Shown here in pieces: positions 1-9,072 of a stretch of 64,000 nucleotides of DNA (the first letter of the stretch is position 1; each line of letters begins with the position of its first letter). The notes under the pieces were generated by a model. That model was given only the letters and a program-made list of their open reading frames with translations, was not told the DNA's origin and did no database searches. A program made the position numbers and the translations under genes. Where the stretch lies: the NCBI GenBank assembly GCA_963741945.1, contig CAVUKA010000002.1, positions 1-64,000 on the forward strand, written 5' to 3'. Source of the stretch: an uncultured Gemmatimonadales bacterium (GTDB lineage: Bacteria; Gemmatimonadota; Gemmatimonadetes; Longimicrobiales; RSA9).

Positions 1-2273
1 TGCGGTCCTCCCGCACGAGAAGAATCTTGCAGAGGCGTTCTGCGGCATCGCGCAGTAGGCTTGCATTTCTCTTCCGCGATGGCACGTCTTGTTTCTTCTT
101 ATGCGGAGCCACACGCAGCAGCATTTCATCCACAGAGTCGCGCGTTTGTTCGACTACTGCACCCTCCCCTGGATCTTCCAATAGTACCGCATACTCTCGA
201 AGCTCAAGATGACTGTATCGGTCTATTAGGTCTCGCCGCAGGCGCTCGTCATGAGTGAACACAACTATCTGCTGTCCTTCGTCCATAATTGCGGAAGGAA
301 TCCTTTCAATGAAGCTTGCCCGATGCTCGCTGTCTGATCCTTGAATTGGATCGTCTAGGACTACAAAGCCGGTCGGCGAACGGCTAACTCTGGCGAGGAA
401 GGCTGACAGACCGAGGCAGTTCAGTGCGAATCACTGAATACAGCAACCGCATCTCGTTCCTCGATATTATCATTGCAGACCCCCCGCCGAAAGACCTGCC
501 TTGAGATCCATAAAACGCCGGCCAGAACCCACCCGTTGGACCCCGGCGAAAAAAGTCGGTTATTCCAATCGAAGCATTGCCCACCAGCGCGAGATGTCAC
601 CGGCCAACGCAGAAAACTTTTCGTCTAAGACGGCCGCCTTCGCTCGATCTATATCACTGATGGCTTCCTCAACCAGGCTGATCACTCGGTCGAAATCCTT
701 TACCTGTTCAAGTTCGGCAGCAATCGCCCCTACCTCTCCATGCAGTGCAGCAAGTTCCCTGAGTATCCCCAGTCCATGACGGCTATCAAGAACTGGGGTA
801 ACTGCAGCTACGAATAGCTCGGACAGGCGGCGGAACTCCTCGCGCCTTTCACGTCTGCCGATAACGAATCTCCCAGCCGCTGCTGCGCGGATTCAAGACC
901 GGTTAAGCTGGTCTGCTCAAGCCGCTCAATATCATTGGGGACGAGATCCCGCATAGCGGAAGCAGCACTCACTGTTTGTTTCCATGTACTGGTAAGTGCC
1001 TCAAGAGCTTCAGACCACGCATTCAGTACTTCCGTTGACTCCTCATCTTCGATCATTAGGCTAAGGTTAGACACCTGAATGCTCCTTGACGAAGGCGAGT
1101 CCGGCGTCCGAACCACCTCGGGACACAGGTCTCTAGAGCGCCGGTCGAGAAATCAAGGTCACGTTCCAGCGCCTCAGTCAAACTGACAACTTCTTGACGT
1201 GCAGTACGGAAAACTTCAGTACTTTTCAGTGATTGCAGGATATCGTGGATCCGAGTTGCTGATAATCCCCTCGGCGTGAGACACAACGGACAATCTTCCG
1301 GTTCGCCCTCGTCCCCCAGCTCTGCAGAGGTGTGTTGTAGGTCGTGATACGCCTTATAGAGCTTCTGCAAGGCCAGATCGGACTCGAGTGCGGAGTTGCG
1401 GTAATGGACAAACTTTCGGGCTGACTCCGCGAAGGGTGCTGCGTCAGGCGGCGTTGGTATTCCTCCACCAATTTCTAAAGCACTCAAGGGGAAAACTGCC
1501 TCACGAGCCTCTCTCACCTTCCGCTGGGCCGCTTGGACTAACTCCGTCAGGGTTACGGGTCCAGTTCCGAGGATCGACTCTAGCGCCGTCTTCAGAGACT
1601 CGCGAACGGCTTCTTCAGAATCCTCAGCATCATTGAGCCGTGTGCGAGCCTCCTGGAGTCCCTGCTCATCGAGCGCGCTCAACAGACGGCTCAAGTGCGG
1701 ACTGGGCGGCCTCTCGAGCCCCGTGAGAACTCCGGTGATAGTATCTCGTAAACGTTCGAGGTCGGTAATCTCGAGAACAGCCTTGAAGTAGTTCGATCGG
1801 TCCTGAGGACGGGCTGACAAAACAAAACGGAGAGTGTGCTGAAGAAGGATGGGTGTTTCGAGGGGTGGCTCAGCGAGCCGTATTCCTAGCTCGGCGAGCG
1901 AGTTCGACTCGACCCCGTCAATCTTGAGCCGGGATTCACAGTCGTTCCTAGGCCCGTAATCTTGAACCAACTCCCGCACAACTTCATGTGCAGTATTCTC
2001 ATCATCAATTATCACCGCGTTGACCCGGACCGCGCACTCTGTGTCCAGGTGAACGTTCCGTAGACTTCCAGCGAACTCGCGGGCGGCGCTTCCCAACAAC
2101 TGCTTCCGGCTGATTCTTCCGGCTAAAAGGAATTCAAGCGCCTCGGCGACGCTCGTCTTTCCTTGGCTATTAGGGGCCCAAATGACCGTCAATCCCGTAG
2201 TAAATTCAATCGTCTGCGGGGAAGCCCCGAAGCCTCTGAAGGCTTCAATTGTTAGGCTGCTGATCTTCGCCAT
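1..2273 (-). pseudogene. Rad50/SbcC/RloC-like ABC ATPase with zinc hook; disrupted and runs off the window edge
   Basis: N-terminus MAKISSLTIEAFRGF, Walker A-like APNSQGKTS and zinc-hook CPLC. Manual translation of 1-470 gives FSDSH/LNCLGLSAFLA, Walker B VVLDDPIQGSD and H-loop VFTHD. Frame breaks near 1100, 850, 480 and 422 and an in-frame TAA at 560-562. GC is lower than in the rest of the window. Confidence 0.8.
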
Positions 2274-2424
2274 TTAGTTCACCCCCCTCTTCCAGCAGAG
2301 CCGAAATTTCGGCCCGAATGGCTGCGGGCCATTCTTCCTCCGGCTCGTTCTCCACACGCGAACACAGCCGATAAGCCAGGCTTCCTTGCGTTAGCCGCTG
2401 ACGCAAATCTCCAATGTTTGACAC
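2245..2424 (-). CDS. Small 59-aa protein overlapping the ATPase start (absent from the ORF track)
   Basis: TAAGGAGGAG ribosome-binding site then GTG. Reads MSNIGDLRQRLTQGSLAYRLCSRVENEPEEEWPAAIRAEISALLEEGGELNGEDQQPNN*. Confidence 0.6.
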   Translation of the reverse strand: MSNIGDLRQRLTQGSLAYRLCSRVENEPEEEWPAAIRAEISALLEEGGELNGEDQQPNN

Positions 2425-2525
2425 GGGCCTCTCCTCCTTACCTGTCCTCAGAGCACCAAGCTTGCCCCGCCATTAGTGCAGGAGTAGCGATTTCGAATAG
2501 AGACTTAGGTCCAACTTGCCGTCCC

Positions 2526-2996
2526 TCACGCCACCGCCGCCGCAAACGCCTGGTACAGATCCCCCGGCAGCCGATACTCCAGCTTCCACGTAATCGCCAT
2601 CGGCTGCTCGGACTCGTGCCGGACGTACCTCGCCGGGCCGAGGAAGTGGAACGCCCGCTCGTCGGTGTTCAGCCGCGCGAACAGCAGGACGTGGCTGCCT
2701 CGCCGGGCGTGCTCCTGGTACCGCCGCCCCGTCTCGCTGTCCGCCCGGGTGACCGACTGGCTCTCCCAGTGGATGAGGTCGCGGCTGATGGCGTAGTCGC
2801 GGTAGCGGGTCGTGGGGGAGAACGCGCCGCCGGTCTTGTCCAGGGTGAATGCGAGCAGGTCGGCGGGCAGCTCCTCCACGTACAGGACGCCGGTCTGCCA
2901 CGGCATCACCCTCGCCCCCTCGCCTTTGCCGCACGCGGCGAGGATCTCGATGCGGGTGTAGCGGGCGTGGACGTGGAGGGGGACGGACATGCTCAT
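2526..2996 (-). CDS. Stand-alone DUF3427-type C-terminal domain (orphan copy)
   Basis: Near-duplicate of the helicase C-terminus (VPLHVHARYTRIEILAACG...YRDYAISRDLIHWESQS...FAAAVA*). In-frame ATGs at 3011, 2996 and 2990. Confidence 0.7.
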   Translation of the reverse strand: MSMSVPLHVHARYTRIEILAACGKGEGARVMPWQTGVLYVEELPADLLAFTLDKTGGAFSPTTRYRDYAISRDLIHWESQSVTRADSETGRRYQEHARRGSHVLLFARLNTDERAFHFLGPARYVRHESEQPMAITWKLEYRLPGDLYQAFAAAVA

Positions 2997-3082
2997 GCCC
3001 GATCCCGCCATTCTCAGGGGGAGCCCCGAGGCATAGCGTTCAACGACAGCCCCGTTGATACGCGCAACGTTACAGGTTACAC

Positions 3083-3373
3083 TTGATCCGGACGTTTCGG
3101 GACGCCGCGACACGCGACCTGTTCGAGGGCCGGTCGACGAAAACAGCCCGCCGGTGCCTGCCGGAGGAGTTGTGGTCACGGGCCCTCCTGAAGCTCGATG
3201 AGCTCGATCACGCGACGGAGCTCAGGCAGCTGAGGCTTCCGTCGAACCGGCTCGAGAAGCTTGGTGGTGATCGCGCCGGGCAGTGGTCGATCCGGATCAA
3301 CCGGCAGTACCGGATCTGCTTCCGGTGGGCCGATGCGGACGCCTGGGAGGTTGAGATCACCGACTACCACTGA
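3083..3373 (+). CDS. higB: HigB-like (RelE superfamily) toxin
   Basis: MIRTF...LPSNRLEKLGGDRAGQWSIRINRQYRICFRW...VEITDYH is the typical killer-protein signature. Confidence 0.92.
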   Translation: MIRTFRDAATRDLFEGRSTKTARRCLPEELWSRALLKLDELDHATELRQLRLPSNRLEKLGGDRAGQWSIRINRQYRICFRWADADAWEVEITDYH

Positions 3374-3380
3374 AGCCGCC

Positions 3381-3689
3381 ATGACGCTACCACGCCGCGA
3401 GTCGAACCGAGCCCCGTCCCACCCCGGCGCCGTGCTGCGCCTCGAACTGGAGGAGCTGGGGCTGTCGGTCACGGACGCCGCGCGCCGGCTCCGGGTGTCT
3501 CGCCGCACGCTCAGCGAACTCGTCAACGAAGGGCGAGGGGTGAGCCCGGAGATGGCGCTCAAGCTGGGCCGTTTCCTGGGCAACGGCACGGAGCTGTGGC
3601 TCTCCATGCAGATGGCCCACGACCGCTGGCGGGTGGAGCACGACGAGGCGGCGCTCCGGGAGGCCGACCGGGTCGAGCCCGCGGCGTAG
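3381..3689 (+). CDS. higA: HigA-like XRE/HTH antitoxin
   Basis: HPGAVL...LSVTDAARRLRVSRRTLSELVNEGRGVSPEMALKLGRFLG...WLSMQ, directly downstream of higB. Confidence 0.92.
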   Translation: MTLPRRESNRAPSHPGAVLRLELEELGLSVTDAARRLRVSRRTLSELVNEGRGVSPEMALKLGRFLGNGTELWLSMQMAHDRWRVEHDEAALREADRVEPAA

Positions 3690-3711
3690 CCGGTGAAGCG
3701 GCGAATCCTCC

Positions 3712-6700
3712 TCACGCCACCGCCGCCGCAAACGCCTGGTACAGATCCCCCGGCAGCCGCTCCGCCAGCCTCCACGTAATCGCCATCGGCTGCTCCCCCT
3801 CGTGCCGGACATACCTCGCCGGGCCGAGGAAATGGTATGCGCGGTCCTTGGTTTCCTGCGCGAACAGCAGGACGTGGCTGCCCCGCGCCGCGTGCTCCTG
3901 GTACCGCCGCCCCGTCTCGCTGTCCGCCCGGGTGACCGACTGGCTCTCCCAGTGGATGAGGTCGCGGCTGATGGCGTAGTCGCGGTAGCGGGTGGTGGGG
4001 GAGAACGCGCCGCCGGTCTTGTCCAGCGTGAACGCGAGCAGGTCGGCGGGGAGCTCCTCGGCGTACCACACCCCGCTCTGCCACGAGACCACTTTCGCGC
4101 CCTCGCCCACGCCGCACGCGGCGAGGATCTCGATGCGGGTATAGCGGGCGTGGACGTGGAGCGGGACGTCGGGGAGGATCCGGAGGCCGGGCGTGACGTG
4201 GCTCACCCGGTCCTCCAGGACCTCGAACAGGTCGATCCAGCTCGCGGCGGACCTGGGGGTGGTCCCAGAGCACGGCCGCGCCGTCGCTCAGGCTGGTGTC
4301 CTTGTCGGCCACCTGGTCCAGGAGCTGGCCGACGAGCATGCGGAGCAGGCGGTCGTCGCGCTCGGCGACGCCCACGTCGGGCGGCGTGTCGCGCTGGAGC
4401 CAGCGACGCCAGGTGGCGAGCCGCTCGGGGTCGTCCACGTGGAGCAGGCGGCCGCACGCCCGGCGGAGGATGGCCTCGTGCTCGCCGGCGGGGGCGGTGT
4501 CGAGGCCGGCCCGGTCCCGGAGGTCGGACCAGGCGTAGTGGCCGGCGTAGACGTCGTCGAGGTCGAGGCCGGTGGCGTCGAGGAACTGCTTCAGGGTGAC
4601 GTCGCCCCGCGCGGCGCGGCCAGCTCGGCCAGCTCCGCGGCCCGCTCGGCGATGGTCCGCGGCAGCGCGTTCCGGATGCTGGACAGCACGCGCTCGCTCG
4701 CCACACCGGTCCAGCTCCATGTGGCAGCCGGCGGGGAGGAACGGGAAGCCCTGCTCGACCTGCCGCATGACGTCGGTGCGGGTGCCGCCGAGGAGCGCGC
4801 GGAAGCGGCGGTCGTAGCGGAACTCCTGGCGGTGGTGGCCGACGAAGTCGAGGACGGTGCAGACGGCCTTGCCCTCGGCCTTCCGGAGCCCGCGGCCGAG
4901 CTGCTGGAGGAAGAGGAGCGGGCTCTCGGTGGGGCGGAGCATGAGGAGCGCGTCGACGGTGGGGACGTCCACGCCCTCGTTGAAGAGGTCCACGCTGAAG
5001 ACGACGCGGACGTCGCCTCGCTCCAGCTCCCGGAGCGCCCGCTTCCGCTCGTCGTCATCCGTCTCACCGGTGACCGCCACGGCCGGGACGCCGTGCTCGC
5101 TGAACACGCGGGCCATGTAGCGCGCGTGGGCCACGCCCACGCAGAAGCCGAGGGCGCGGAACTCGGGCGGGTTGCCGAAGTGCTCGGCCACCTGCTTGAG
5201 GACGCTCTTGGCCCAGACGTCGGTGCCGGTGATGACGTTCGTGAGCGCCCGCTCGTCGTACCCCCGGCCTCGCCGCCACGGGATCTCCCGGAGGTCGAGG
5301 GCGTCGGCGATGCCGTAGTAGGCGAACGGCGTGAGGCGGTGCTGGTCGATGGCGTCCCAGAGCCGGAGCTCGGCGGCGATGCGGTCGTCGAACCAGTGGA
5401 GCACGGGCAGGCCGTCGCTCCGCTCGGGCGTGGCCGTGAGCCCCAGCAGCTCCGCGGGCGCCAGCCGGTCCAGCAGCCGGCGGTACGACGCGGCCGCGGC
5501 GTGGTGGAACTCGTCCACGATGACCACGTCGAAGTGGTCGGGCGGGATGGCGTCCACGCCGCTGGCGTTGAGCGACTGGATGGACGCGAACACGTGCTCG
5601 AACTCCCGCGGCCGCCGGCCCCCCACCCACTCCTCGCCGAAGCTCGCGTCCCGGAGGGCGTGGGCGAACGTGGCGCGGCTCTGCGCCAGGATCTCCTCCC
5701 GGTGGGCGACGAAGAGGAGGCGCGCCCGGGGGAGCCGCCGTCGCAGCCGCTGGTAGTCCAGCGCGGCCATGACCGTCTTCCCCGTGCCCGTGGCCGCCAC
5801 CAGCAGGTTCCGGTGCCAGCCGCGCTCCCGCGACAGCTCGATCTGCTCCAGCAGCCGCTCCTGGAACGGGTACGGCCGGATCTCGGTGGGGCTCAGGACC
5901 ATGCGCTCGGCGGCCGGCCGGTCGCGGTCCAGGGCGAGGGCGAAGCGGGCGGCGTCGTATGGCTCGAAGTCCGCTTCCTCCCAGTAGCTGTCGAAGACCG
6001 CGGCCACCTTCTCGATGATGGAGCGGTTGCGCGCGCCCGAGATGCGGACGTTCCACTCGAGGCCCGCCACCTGGGCCGAGTGCGTGAGGTTGGACGAGCC
6101 CACGTACGCGGTGGAGAAGCCGGAGTCGCGGTGGAAGAGCCAGGCCTTGGCGTGGAGGCGCGTGGTGGTGGTGTCGTAGGACACGCGCACGTCCGCCCCG
6201 AGGTCCGGAGCCAGTCGAGCGCCACCGCCTCCGTGGAGCCGGTGTAGGTGGTGGTGAGGACCCGCAGCGCGCGGCCCTCCGCCACGTGCTTCCGCAGCCG
6301 GTCCAGCAGCGGGCGGATCCCGGAGCGGCGGATGAACGCCATGATCAGGTCGATCCGGTCCGCCGACGCGATCTCCGCGGCGACCTGGTGGCCCACGGCG
6401 GGCTCGCCGGGGGCGTTGGTGAGGAGCGCCGAATCCAGGAGCGGGATCAGCGGGGCGTCGATCTCGTTCGGCTTGCCATCCGGGTTGAGCCGGCTCACGG
6501 CGCGGAGGACGTTCGGGGGCGTCCCCGGGGTCTGATCGGCCAGCTCGGCGACGTCGGACCCGGCGTTCGCCATCCCTTCCACCACCCGGGAGACCAGAGA
6601 CCTCGCCAGCGAGACCCCGGCTTCGGTCCGCTTCGACTCGGGGAGCATGTCTATCGCGCGCTCCACCACCCTCGCGATGTGCCAGGCGATGCGGTCGGCG

Positions 6701-6819
6701 GCTTCGGCGGGGCGGAGGGGGTCGCTTCGTGGGCTTCGATCCTTCGGAAGAGAGTCCAGGCGCTGCTTCAAGGACTCGGTGACGAGGGACTCGTAGAGGC
6801 CGGTCGGAAGACGACTCAT
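3712..6819 (-). CDS. PLD nuclease - SF2 (DExH) helicase - DUF3427 protein, SauUSI-like type IV restriction architecture; frameshifted
   Basis: PLD motif RLHAKAW...YVGSSNLT, Walker A AATGTGKT, DEFHH, FNEGVDVP and QQLGRGLR, then the DUF3427-type C-terminus. Frame switches near 6205, 4705, 4610 and 4235. Confidence 0.85.
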
Positions 6820-6883
6820 CGGAGACAGGCCTTCGTCGCATCGGGGCATTCCAGGGCTTCCCGGGCCCAACCAACTTCAAAAT

Positions 6884-7396
6884 GCGTGACACGAAGGGCT
6901 CGAAGGTTCGAAGGGCTCGAAGGAACAGAACAATTCAGAAAAGCACCATGCGGGGCGATCTGCGGGACGACGGGACGGGCGGGGTCACCCGGAACATCAT
7001 CGGGGCGGCGATGACCATCCACCGGGCGTTCGGGCCGGGGCTGCTGGAGAAGACGTACGAGGTGTGCCTCGACGCGGAGTTGCGGCACCTGGGCCTGCGC
7101 GTCAGACGGCAGGTGCCGGTGCCCCTGGCCTACCGGGACGTCCGCCTCGACTGCGGCTACCGGATCGACATGCTGGTGGAGGAGAGGGTGGTGGTGGAGC
7201 TGAAGGTGGTGGAAGCCCTCGCCCCCGTCCACGTCTCCCAGGTCCTCACCTACCTCCGCCTCTCGAACCTCAAAGTGGGTCTGCTGTTCAACTTCAACGT
7301 GACCGCCCTCGCCGCCGGCGGAATCAAGCGGATCCTGCTGGACCGGTGAGTGGCTCTCTTCGAGCCCTTCGAAGCTTCGAGCCCTTCGTGTCACGC
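6884..7396. repeat. 39-bp inverted repeats (6884-6922 and 7358-7396) bracketing the GxxExxY gene; third copy at 8065-8103
   Basis: gcgtgacacgaagggctcgaaggttcgaagggctcgaag versus cttcgagcccttcgaagcttcgagcccttcgtgtcacgc (one mismatch). Confidence 0.95.
6948..7349 (+). CDS. GxxExxY family PD-(D/E)XK nuclease-like protein
   Basis: IIGAAMTIHRAFGPGLLEKTYE...YRIDMLVEERVVVELKVV...QVLTYLRL...GLLFNF. Confidence 0.93.
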   Translation: MRGDLRDDGTGGVTRNIIGAAMTIHRAFGPGLLEKTYEVCLDAELRHLGLRVRRQVPVPLAYRDVRLDCGYRIDMLVEERVVVELKVVEALAPVHVSQVLTYLRLSNLKVGLLFNFNVTALAAGGIKRILLDR

Positions 7397-7526
7397 CGCC
7401 CCCTTCGACCCTTCGACCCCTTCGTGTCACGGTTCTGAAGTCAGACGCACCCGAGACAAGCCTGAGCTCCGGGTCGTCCCGCCTCGCCATGGGTATGCCC
7501 GACAGCCACCGCCAACATACGGGCCC

Positions 7527-7769
7527 ATGCCCACAATCCCTGGAATTCCCGGCCCCTATCGGTTCTTTTTCTACAGCTTCGATTGCGCCGAGCCGATGCA
7601 CGCGCACGTGGAGCGTGGCCGGGCGGTGTGCAAGTTCTGGTTGAAGCCCGTTTCTCTCGCGTCGAACCAGGGGTTCTCGGCACACGAAGTGAATCGTATC
7701 CGGAGCCTGGTGTCCGAGCATCGAAAGGCGATCCAGCATGCATGGACCGAGCACTGCACCGACGCCTGA
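7527..7769 (+). CDS. DUF4160 family protein (putative toxin)
   Basis: MPTI...YRFFFYSFDCAEPMHAHV...KFWL..V.LA.N.GF pattern. Confidence 0.85.
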   Translation: MPTIPGIPGPYRFFFYSFDCAEPMHAHVERGRAVCKFWLKPVSLASNQGFSAHEVNRIRSLVSEHRKAIQHAWTEHCTDA

Positions 7770-8010
7770 ACCGCTGATGAAGTCGATCTCGGTGTCCGAT
7801 GACGCGATCACCGCGGTCCTGACGGATGGTCGAACGATCAGCGTTCCGCTGTCCTGGTCCTGGCGCCTGTCCGAGGCGACGCCGGAACAGCGCGGGAACG
7901 TGCGACTGACCGGTGGCGGCGAGGGCGCCCATTGGCCGGATGTCGACGAGGACATCAGCGTCCGGGGGATGCTGCACGGCACCCCGGCGCCGCGACCACC
8001 GGACCGGTAG
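7738..8010 (+). CDS. DUF2442 family protein (putative antitoxin partner)
   Basis: LTDGRTISVPLSWSWRLSEATPEQR...GAHWPDVDEDISV. Overlaps the DUF4160 gene; start could also be 7776. Confidence 0.85.
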   Translation: MHGPSTAPTPEPLMKSISVSDDAITAVLTDGRTISVPLSWSWRLSEATPEQRGNVRLTGGGEGAHWPDVDEDISVRGMLHGTPAPRPPDR

Positions 8011-8124
8011 GTCGGGAGCCGCCGGCGGAATCAGACGCGTCCTGCTCGACCCATAATTCCCGTCCTTCGAGCCCTTCGAAGCTTCGAGCCCTTCGTGTCA
8101 CGCCGTCCCCTTCGATCCTTCCCC

Positions 8125-9072
8125 TCATAGCACCCCCTCGACCGCTCGCACCACCCACTCCCTCGCCTCTTCCGGCGCCACCACCTCCGCCTCCGGCCCG
8201 TAGCCCAGCACGTGGCGCACGACCCACCTGGGGTCGGCCACGGTGTGCCGGACGAGCACGCCGCCGTCCGCCTGCGCTTCCCCCTCGCCGCGCTCCAGCA
8301 GCCACGGTGCGACGCGGGGGGAGTAGCGCACGGTGACCTCCACCTCCTCGTCGGCGCGGTAGACCCGGCCGCCATCGAGCCAGGCGCCGGGGTCGAAGTC
8401 GGCGGGCGGGTCGAAGGCGGCGTCGCCGAGCGTCGCCTGGAGGATCCGGTCGACGCGGAACGCGCGCACGTCGTCCTTCTCAGGGGCGTTGCCCAGGCAG
8501 TACCACTTGCCGCGGGCGTGGACCACGGCGTACGGCTCGACGTCGCGCTGCTCGGGGGCGAGGGCGTCGGGCTTCAGGTACGCGATGGCGACGCGGCGGC
8601 GGCGGCGGGCGGCGTCGACGAGGAGGGCGCGGATGGCGTCGGCGGCATCGGGGTCGCCGTCGGCGACGATCCGGTCGGGGAGCTCCGTGGGGACGACGCG
8701 GGCGACGCGCTCCAGCAGGCTACGGAGGCGCTCGGGCACCTGTCCGTCCTCGCGCTCGGCGGCGAGGATGCGGAGGCCGAGGTCGAGGGCCGCGGCCTCG
8801 CCGGGGGTCAGGCGCGGCGGGCGCTTCAGGTGGCCGGTGGTCCAGACGCGGACGCGCTCGGCGTCCAGGCCGACCTGGATGTCGTCGCCCTCGCCGGCGG
8901 GGTGGTAGAACTCGCGCTCGGAGACCTGCGCCAGGTCGCGCTCGAGCCGGCGGCGGGAGACGCCGAGGCGGGCGGCCAGGTCGTCGTAGGCGACGCCGTC
9001 GTCATCGCGGGCGGCGAGGGGGAGGACGTGGAGGATCCGCTCGACGCGGTCGAGGGCGGTGTCAGGAGCCAT
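8125..9072 (-). CDS. HTH-WYL-WCX transcriptional regulator, PafC-like
   Basis: N-terminal HTH (DLAARLGVS), RPPRLTPGEAAAL, RDVEPY...GKWYCLG...RAFRVDRI and VLGYGPEAEVVAP. Confidence 0.88.
   Translation of the reverse strand: MAPDTALDRVERILHVLPLAARDDDGVAYDDLAARLGVSRRRLERDLAQVSEREFYHPAGEGDDIQVGLDAERVRVWTTGHLKRPPRLTPGEAAALDLGLRILAAEREDGQVPERLRSLLERVARVVPTELPDRIVADGDPDAADAIRALLVDAARRRRRVAIAYLKPDALAPEQRDVEPYAVVHARGKWYCLGNAPEKDDVRAFRVDRILQATLGDAAFDPPADFDPGAWLDGGRVYRADEEVEVTVRYSPRVAPWLLERGEGEAQADGGVLVRHTVADPRWVVRHVLGYGPEAEVVAPEEAREWVVRAVEGVL

Larger units (their letters stand above)
2524..4168. repeat. Diverged ~460-bp direct repeat (2524-2985 and 3710-4168) flanking higBA
   Basis: Direct comparison shows long identical stretches, clustered substitutions and one codon indel. 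Confidence 0.95.
7311..8121. repeat. ~100-bp diverged direct repeat (7311-~7413 and 8018-~8121) containing the GxxExxY 3' end and the downstream repeat
   Basis: gccgccggcggaatcaagcggatcctgctggaccggtga (AAGGIKRILLDR*) versus gccgccggcggaatcagacgcgtcctgctcgacccataa (AAGGIRRVLLDP*). Each is followed by the same 39-mer. Confidence 0.9.

Noticed and set aside
3055-3083. TTGATA-N17-TACACT promoter for higBA
   Set aside because: The -10 box overlaps the predicted TTG start at 3083, so it cannot give a full-length transcript unless the start differs. Left unresolved.
2524-4168. DUF3427 repeat pair as a diversity-generating retroelement template/variable region
   Set aside because: No reverse transcriptase in the window, the differences are not adenine-specific, and they include an indel.
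6885-8101. TGTCAC at the ends of the GxxExxY repeats as extra PafBC-type promoters
   Set aside because: None is followed by TANNNT at the N10 spacing.
6884-8103. 39-bp repeats as a CRISPR array or integron attC sites
   Set aside because: Only three copies, in mixed orientation and separated by whole genes. No cas or integrase gene and no clear attC core sites.
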